Source: Octopus vulgaris
Taxonomy: Eukaryota
Direction: 5' to 3'
Length of the DNA: 64,000 nt
NCBI GenBank assembly: GCA_951406725.2
Contig: OX597818.1
Span: forward strand, 80,600,001 to 80,664,000
The stretch's first letter is position 1. Each line of letters opens with the position of its first letter. The position numbers and the translations under genes were made by a program. Positions 56,406 to 64,000 of the stretch are shown here, one piece after another. The notes below the pieces were generated by a model. The model was not told the DNA's origin and searched no databases. It was given only the letters and a program-made list of their open reading frames with translations.

Positions 56406-57584
56406 CAGGGGTTAGACAAAAATTTCAAACAAATTTATTTTAATATGGGGTAGGACCGCCTTTGGCAATAATTACAGCTTGAATTCTACAAGGTATGGAC
56501 TCGTACAAATTTTGAATTGTTTCCAATGGAATTTTTGTCCATTCTTCAGCTAAAACAGTCTCCAGTTCTTGTAGTGATGATGGTGGAGGATATAGACTTC
56601 CTACTTGTTTTTCTAAAATGCACCATAAATGTTCAATAATATTGAGATCTGGGGACTGTGGTGGCCAGATAAGATGTTCAACTTCATTAGAATGTTCCTC
56701 GTGTCATTCAGTAGCATTTCCCCCTGGAAACAGTTCCACAATCATAGGATGAATTTGATCAGATAAAATGCTTAAATAGTCTCGACTATTAATTCTGCCA
56801 TGAAGGGAAACCATTGGGCCAGCGGAGTTCCAAGATATAGCCCCCCCCCCCCCGATCATCACAGATCCTCCTCCATATTTAACAGTTGGAAGAAGGCAGT
56901 CTGAGTCAGATGCTTCTTTTGGCTGTCTCCACACGTATACTCGGCCGGTGGTAAGAAATAAGTAAAGGATGACTCGTCCGAGAAAATAACATTCTTCCTC
57001 TGCTCTATGGACCAATTCTTTGCAACGTTTGTTTTGAAAGTAGCTGTTTTCTGATTGCAGCCCTCCCTTGAAATCCAGCTTTGTGCAACTCCCGGCGAAC
57101 AGTTTTTTGTGGAAACTGAGTGCTCGAGGTGGTCATTAAGCTCTGCAGTAATTTTAGGAGCTCTACTTTTGTGATCCTTTCTAACAATTCGCGTAAGAGT
57201 CAGACGGTCCCTATCTTAAAGTTTTGGTTTTCCTCTGGAGTTTTGTTTCGACGAGGTTTTTTTCCCCTCTTTCTCAAAATCTGTCATTACTTTCGAGAAA
57301 GTACTTCTTGATAAACCAAACATTTCAGCTGTTTTCGTTACGCTAGCGCCTGCCATATGAGCACAAACAATTTGACCTCTTGGAAAGTCCGATAGATTTG
57401 TCGTTTTAATGAATTTTAATTACCTTTTCTGATGATATCTGAAAAGCAACAGCAAATTTAGCAAAACATATTAAGCAACACTAAAAATAAATCAAAAAGC
57501 ATAAAAATAAACAGGCTTTTGACGGTTTTATAGATATTTCAAAATTATGATGCTAGGTGTTTCCATTATTTTGTCCAACCCCTG
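56406..57584 (-). mobile_element. Decayed Tc1 transposon
   Basis: TA|caggggttagacaaaa ... ttttgtccaacccctg|TA; peptides TVRRELHKAGF, RVYVWR..PTVKYGGGSVMI, and WPPQSPDLNIIEHLW on the minus strand near 56620-56670. Confidence 0.92.
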
Positions 57585-57599
57585 TATATACTTTTAATA

Positions 57600-57800
57600 T
57601 TCTACTTGTTTCAGGCATTTGACTGCGGCCATGCTGGAGCACCGTCTTGAGTTTTAGTCGAGCAAATCGACCCCAGGACTTATTTATTAAGCCTAGTACT
57701 TATCCTATCGGTCTTTTGCCGAACCGCTGAGTTACAGGAACGTAAACACACCAGCACCGGTTGTCAAGCAGTGATGGACACACACACATACACCCCACCC

Positions 57801-57838
<38 letters not shown>

Positions 57839-58950
57839 GGTTTCTTTGAGTTTCCGTCCACCAAATCCACTCACAAACCTTTGGTCACAAAGGTTTGCCC
57901 AAGGCGTCACGCTGTGGGACTGATCCCGGAACCATGTGGTTGGGAAGCAAGCTTCTTAGTATACAATCACACCTGCGCCTATATATGTGCGTTTGTGTGT
58001 GTCGTGTCCCTCATGACTATTCGACAACTGGGGTTGGTTTGTTTACGTCCCCGTTTCGAAGCTGTCTGGCAAAAGCGACTGATTCAGTAAGTAGTAGGTT
58101 TTTTAAAAAAAATGCATTAGTGTCTTTGTTCGGCTAAAACCTTCAAGGCAGCGCCCCTGCTTGGCTGCAGTCCAATGACTGAAACAAGTAAAAGTTAAAT
58201 GTAAGTTTTTGTTTCAGTGACCACTGTAAAGACAAGCCCACGCGCCAATTGTGTGCTCGACTTATTACAAATTGCACTCAAACCTCTGTTAATTAGCACC
58301 CTACCTTTTAGAAAAGGAAGTAGACTTTAGCATGGGTTTGAATCATTAATCATTTTGTTGATAATTCACCATATAAAATAGGTTGCGCGTGGAAGCGAGA
58401 ATGAACGCACTAATGTTTATCTGTTAACTTGTTTCAGTCATTAGACTGCGGCCATGCTGGAGCATCGCCTTGAAGGGTTTAGTCGAACAAATCGCACACT
58501 CAGTAGTTATTGTAATTTTTTAAAAAATTCTGGTACTTATTCTATCGGTTTCTTTAACCGAACCGCCAAGTTATGAGGACGTAAACCAACGAACACCGGT
58601 TGTCGAGCGGTGTTGGGGACAAACACAAAGACGCTCGCACACACGTGCGTGTGTAAGTATGTGTATGTTGGTATGTGTGTGTACATACATATGTATTTAC
58701 GTACACACATATGTGTGTATGTATTTGTGTAAGTATGTATATATATGTATATATTTGTGTGCATGTTTGTATGTATGTGTGTACTAGACGAGTTTCTTTC
58801 CGTTTCTCTCTGCCAAATCTACTCACAAGGCTTTGGTCGGCCCGGACCTATTGTAGAAATCACTTTCCCAAGGTTCCACGCAGTGGGACTAAATCCGGAA
58901 CCACCCGGTCGGAGAACAAACTTCTTGCTATACAATCATGCATTCGCCTT
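57600..58950. mobile_element. Cluster of SINE family A copies (57600-57980 -, 57990-58195 +, 58427-58950 -)
   Basis: Matches the family. Confidence 0.8.
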
Positions 58951-60645
58951 TAGATGTTTGTATATTTTTATCAACCCGTATCGTTTATATTTACGTGTGT
59001 AGAAATATCTGATTTAATGGAACAACGAACGTAGTAGCTTGTAATCTTCTGAAATACATACTAAATAATATTATTATGAAAGTAGTTCATAGTTATTGAG
59101 GACAAAATAAGTAGAAAGAGTTAAAACTACTGCATATAAGCAACATGTTCTTGAGTTAATTCTACAATTCAAGGTCAGTGTCTTTTCTCGAATACTGCAT
59201 ATACGTAAGAAAAAGTGAAAGAAGGCGAGTGACTAACCCACCGATCGACATATCTCCAAGAGGAGCTCTGGGGTTGAATTAAATTTTTATAACAATAAGT
59301 AAGTTTCTAGAACCTTCGATCAAGCTGTATCGCGGGAAGACTCGCGCCCTTCCTTCTGAAGTTCGCCGCATCTACCAAAACAAGGTAGCCAGTGCTGATC
59401 GGTCAAGCCATATTCGCGTAGGCGTTATTACATTTCGTGGTCACACGTTGCCTTTTATAACAAAAGGGTCGTGATCTTGAGCTGGAGAAAATCTGAGAAC
59501 GATGATTCAGAACTCAGCAGGGACCTCGCTACAACACGTTGGATAATGTATTCATAGATTTCCTTGTCAAGATAAGACTTCAGCTGTGTAGATATATTTT
59601 ATGGTCACTCCTGTTAATTATCCGCCAAAATAATATCAGTAACTGACGAAACTCATTCAGCAGCGGTGGTGAGAATTCTAGTTGCATATTTCTACCTCGT
59701 TGGGCTTTGTCTCTCGCATTTACCCACGTCAGTTACCCAAGACAAAATCTGTTATTACTGATATAGGAAAACAGTGATTGAAAAATCACTGATGTTGCGA
59801 AACACAGTTCGTCTTTGCGATGTTTCTGCTTTAAGTACGATACGCATCTTATTCATCTTTTAATTCCATTCCAGGCCCTCGCGTATTTAAATTAGTATTA
59901 ACATAATTAATACAGTAAGCAAAAGCATTTAAAAATGGCCGAGGAAAAGACTGTATGAACTACAACGTCTATTGTAGTTTGGTCTCAAAAATAAATTGAA
60001 AGTACGAAACAGAAAAAAGGGAAATCTACTTTTATCTGGAGGAAGGTCTGCAGGAATATTAAGAAAACATTGCATGTGAAAAATATAAACCATCTCATTT
60101 GACCAATTACTCTTAATAATATGTACAAAAAACATCGATTTGTAATTAAGCATACAAGTATTGAAAGCACTAGAGATGAACGTGCTGATAACCGTTAAGT
60201 AGGTTGTGGTGATATTTACACAGGAGACGTCTGCCGTGGTAATAGCTATTTTATTTGTTTTATTTCTCAAAACGCTAGTGATGTGTTTTTGGAAATATAT
60301 TTGCTCATTATGGCTGACAAAAATATAAAAACTAAATATTTGTTTTATAAAAAAAAAAAATGTCAGAAAATGTTTCCCTTATATTTTTGTTGATTTCTAT
60401 AATAATAATAATAATGCCGTGCGTAAACGATTGAGTATGCTCTAGAGGAACTGTTTAGATTTTTCTGAATAATGTGTGCACTGAATCTGTATGATATGTA
60501 ATATGACAAGAAGTAAATGATATGCATTGCATAACTAATAATACTGCACACTAGTTTACATGCTCAGTATTTAGTCCCGTATCCGTGGGTGAGATACTGT
60601 GTCAGTGTGTGATATCTATCTCTCCCTTAATATCTATCTATCTAT

Positions 60646-60696
<51 letters not shown>

Positions 60697-61020
60697 GCGC
60701 AGGTGTGGCTGTATGGTCAATTTGCTTCCGAACCACATGGCTCCAAGTTCAGTCCGACTGCGTGGCACTTTGGGCAACTATCTTCTGCTAAAGCCTCGTG
60801 CTGACCAAAGTCCTGCGAGTGAAAGAATCTCGTATATATCTGTCTATGTATATATAAAATTCTTTGCCTCTGTCTGTTCCCTATGCATTCTCAAACGGCT
60901 CCAACAAATCAAATTTTACAATGTAATAGTATTACGCCCTACAAGTGTCAACGTGTAATTTTTTTCATTTAGATTAAAACAATATAACATTTTCTCGAAA
61001 ACAATCTTTCTATTGTCAAC

Positions 61021-61329
61021 TATAGTAAACTACATTTTATACCACGACTACGTCACATTTTGTATGTGTGTGTGTTTGCGCGTTCATTACGTACGACATA
61101 GTTAAGGACATTTTATACCACCACCACACATTTTGTGTATTAGTGTGTATATCTGTTAGTGTGTATATTTTTCCGTGTTCGTTACGTACGACATAATAAA
61201 GGAATTTTATACCACGACGACGTCACATTTTGTCTATGAGTCTATATGTGTCTGTGGGTGTGAGTGTTTGCACGTTCGTTATGTACGACATAGTAAAGGA
61301 CATTTTATATCACGACGACACATTTTGTA
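61021..61329. repeat. Four ~55-bp direct repeats with variable TG-rich spacers
   Basis: Unit cgttcgttacgtacgacatagtaaaggacattttataccacgac..cacattttgt (first copy 5'-truncated). Confidence 0.85.
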
Positions 61330-62439
61330 TCTGATTCCCCTCAGATCTTCTGTTGAGTTTATATGCTATAAATCTTCCCATTATGATATTCACTTTACAG
61401 ATAATGATAGTCTTCTGTTTAAAGCAGTGGTTCTCAACCGGGGTTGACATGACCTTTGGAGGCCCATATAAGATTTTGATGTTAAAATCTGTGGTCGACA
61501 ACCACTGTTGGTCATTGCCAGCAAACCTGCAGAACAGAGCAGATTTCAAAAGAAGATTCTGAAAACAGTCATTCAGTGATGTAATTTGAGGCAACCATAA
61601 ATTTTGAACCCATTCACTGTGGAAATCAGATGTATCCGCTCAAAATTTCATTACCCTTGACTGCTAAAGGCAGTTTTATATACCAATCTAGCTTTTGTCA
61701 ACGAATTTCATGTTTGAAACAAAATTTTGTTGAAGAACGTCTTGTTTGAAACTATTTGTTGTTGAGATAAGTCAATTTTCTTGAGGTAACGTGACTTGCA
61801 AGGAAAAAAAATACCAATTCTATTTCTAGATATTTAACATCATTACTGGAATAACCATGAAATTTAATTTCGCAGTTAAGGGGTCGAGACTTTCAATTTT
61901 GCCTTATCTTTTCTTTTTCTCGGATAATGATTTCATTTGTAGTCTACTATACTAAAAAGAACTGTTGATTATCAGCAGATCGATCAGAGATCAATCTTAC
62001 TTTGAGCAGAATTTTGTTGTTCCAGTCCATTGATGAGACCTTTCTTCGATTTTCCTGTAATTACCTTTTGAAAATATCATTATCATTTCATCATTATTTT
62101 CACGGCCACTTTTCCATGCTTGCATGGATTCGACGGAAAGCATTGAGGCAGATTTTCTACGATCGGATGCCCGTCCTATCATCAACACTCACCTTTTTTT
62201 TATATATATATAAATAAGGTAATATTTCCCCATGGCTAGACATGCTTTTCACTGAAGATTGGAAATGAACACCACTTGTATGACACTGATGTTCGTTTAT
62301 AACTAAGGGGAGAGTAAAACACACACACGCTCATGTATATACCTACGACGGGTTTCTTTCAGTTTCTGTCCATCAAATTCATTCACAAAGCTGCTGTTTG
62401 TTTGACCTTGGATGGGAGCTGTTGTAGAAGACACTTGAC

Positions 62440-62487
<48 letters not shown>

Positions 62488-62488
<1 letters not shown>

Positions 62489-62665
62489 GCGACGAGCTGG
62501 AAGAATCGTTAGCATGCCGGGCAAAATGCTTAGCGATATTTCGCCCGTCACTACGTTCTGTGTTCAAATTCCGCCGAAGTCGATTTTACCTTTCATCCTT
62601 TCGGGTCGATAAATTAAGTACCAGTGAAACACTGGGGTCGATGTAATCGTCTACCCCCCCCCCCA
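62488..62665 (+). mobile_element. SINE family B adjacent to (TTA)n
   Basis: Matches the family. Confidence 0.85.
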
Positions 62666-62984
62666 AATATCGTTTCAGTGTTTGTGGCTAATTGAGTAGA
62701 TTTTGACTCTTGTTTCTCGCAAAACTGGTGCTATCTAGTACCCTTATTTATATATTCACTTATATTTATATTCTTTTATTTATTTCGGTCATTTGACTGC
62801 GGCCATGGTGGGGCACCGCTTGTAGTTGAACAAATCGACCCCAGGACTTATTCTTTGTAAGACTAGTATTTATTCTATCGGTCTTTTTGCCGAACAGCTA
62901 CGTTACGGGGACGTGAACACATCAACATCGGTTGTCAAAAGACGGTGGACACACATACACACATACTTACATACTTACATACAT

Positions 62985-63839
62985 CGAAATTTGCTATGAT
63001 GATTCGGTGTCTGACTGAAGATTGAAGGCTTCGAATGATTTGTCTGTGTTCCGTGTTCGTCCCTTCCTGTATTTCACGTTCATTATATATAAAAACATTC
63101 ATTCTTATATTATTGCGGCGTTACGTGCACCCCCCGTTTGTTTGTCCAATTTTAAACCCTGCAAGACTTCTATACACACTGTCTTTTACTACCCGCCATT
63201 GCTTCTTCACCAAACTTTTTGGCGCCCTCCGATTCTTCCCCTCTCTTCCTCCCATCCTCCTCCCCTCTTCCTCCCATCCTCCTCCCCTCTTCCTCCCATC
63301 CTCCTTAATCCCTTCTTTCTCCTTCTCTCTTGGTCACTGATTCTGTCCCCTGCCTTCCACCCTCTTTGATTCCCTCTCTCTCTGTCTCTCTTTCTCTCTC
63401 TCCTGCGACCTGCTGCTTCTTAAACCATTCTGTTGGCCTTCGTATCTCGACCAACATGTGTCCCCGCTACCGAAACGGTAATTATTTCTACGCCAGCTAT
63501 GTTGTTGTTGTGTTTTTGTCTCATTTGGTCTAAAGTCGTATGACAACCACCGTTCTATATATTTTGTTTATTCATTACTGTTTTCAATTTCGTTTTCGTC
63601 TCTTGTATTCACATCCGTCTTGTGCGTTCACATTCCTGTCTTCTACCAAGAAATCTAATGCTTACAGCTTAGTTTTTTTTCTTGGGGCTGGCCGAGTTGG
63701 AGCAAATATCAGAATTGAACAGCCGAAATTTGCTATGATGATTCGGTGTCTGACTGAAGATTGAAGGCTTCGAATGATTTGTCTGTGTTCCGTGTTCGTC
63801 CCTTCCTGTATTTCACGTTCATTATATATAAAAACATTC

Positions 63840-63842
<3 letters not shown>
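62985..63842 (+). mobile_element. ~860-bp element bounded by identical ~119-bp direct repeats (Penelope-like pseudo-LTR suspected)
   Basis: 62985-63103 equals 63724-63842; the interior has a 24-bp pyrimidine tandem repeat and no ORF of note; homologous to 39300-39440. Confidence 0.6.
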
Positions 63843-63903
<61 letters not shown>

Positions 63904-64000
63904 CTTGCTTACCAGCCACATGATTCTAGGTTCAGTCCCACTGCGTGACACCCTGGGCAAGTGTCTTCTGCTATAGCCTCAGGCAGACCAAACCCTTGTG

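Noticed and set aside
59929-60270. 113-aa minus-strand ORF
   Set aside because: No recognisable domain or splice signals; expected by chance in AT-rich DNA.
61021-61329. CRISPR array
   Set aside because: Eukaryotic context, long diverged repeats, low-complexity unequal spacers, no cas genes.

Overview
AT-rich eukaryotic DNA dominated by (TA)n/(CA)n microsatellites and tRNA-derived SINEs. The SINE sequences and microsatellite load suggest a cephalopod, probably Octopus (inference). Nearly all ORFs in the track are microsatellite artefacts. Supported features: three SINE families (dozens of copies); decayed mariner (x2) and Tc1 transposons; hAT-, piggyBac-, Tigger-, MULE- and Helitron-like non-autonomous elements; LINE remnants (CRE RLE C-terminus, Tx1/L1 zf-RVT, CR1/L2-like, RTE tails); and one tRNA-Asp(GTC). 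No complete protein-coding gene is visible. A CpG-depleted domain (~8.2-28.3 kb), a candidate exon at 18.5 kb and a CpG-rich hairpin at 28.8 kb together suggest a minus-strand host gene. The most notable signals are: (1) several minimal hammerhead-ribozyme motifs in Penelope-like remnants, two of them in or beside near-perfect long inverted repeats, with a recurring U4C core variant; (2) a full tRNA-Asp fused to a SINE/LINE 3' tail, resembling a minimal SINE; (3) a perfectly paired three-way-junction hairpin at 50.2 kb that covers a candidate micro-exon splice donor. All coordinates were read by eye, and repeat boundaries are approximate.
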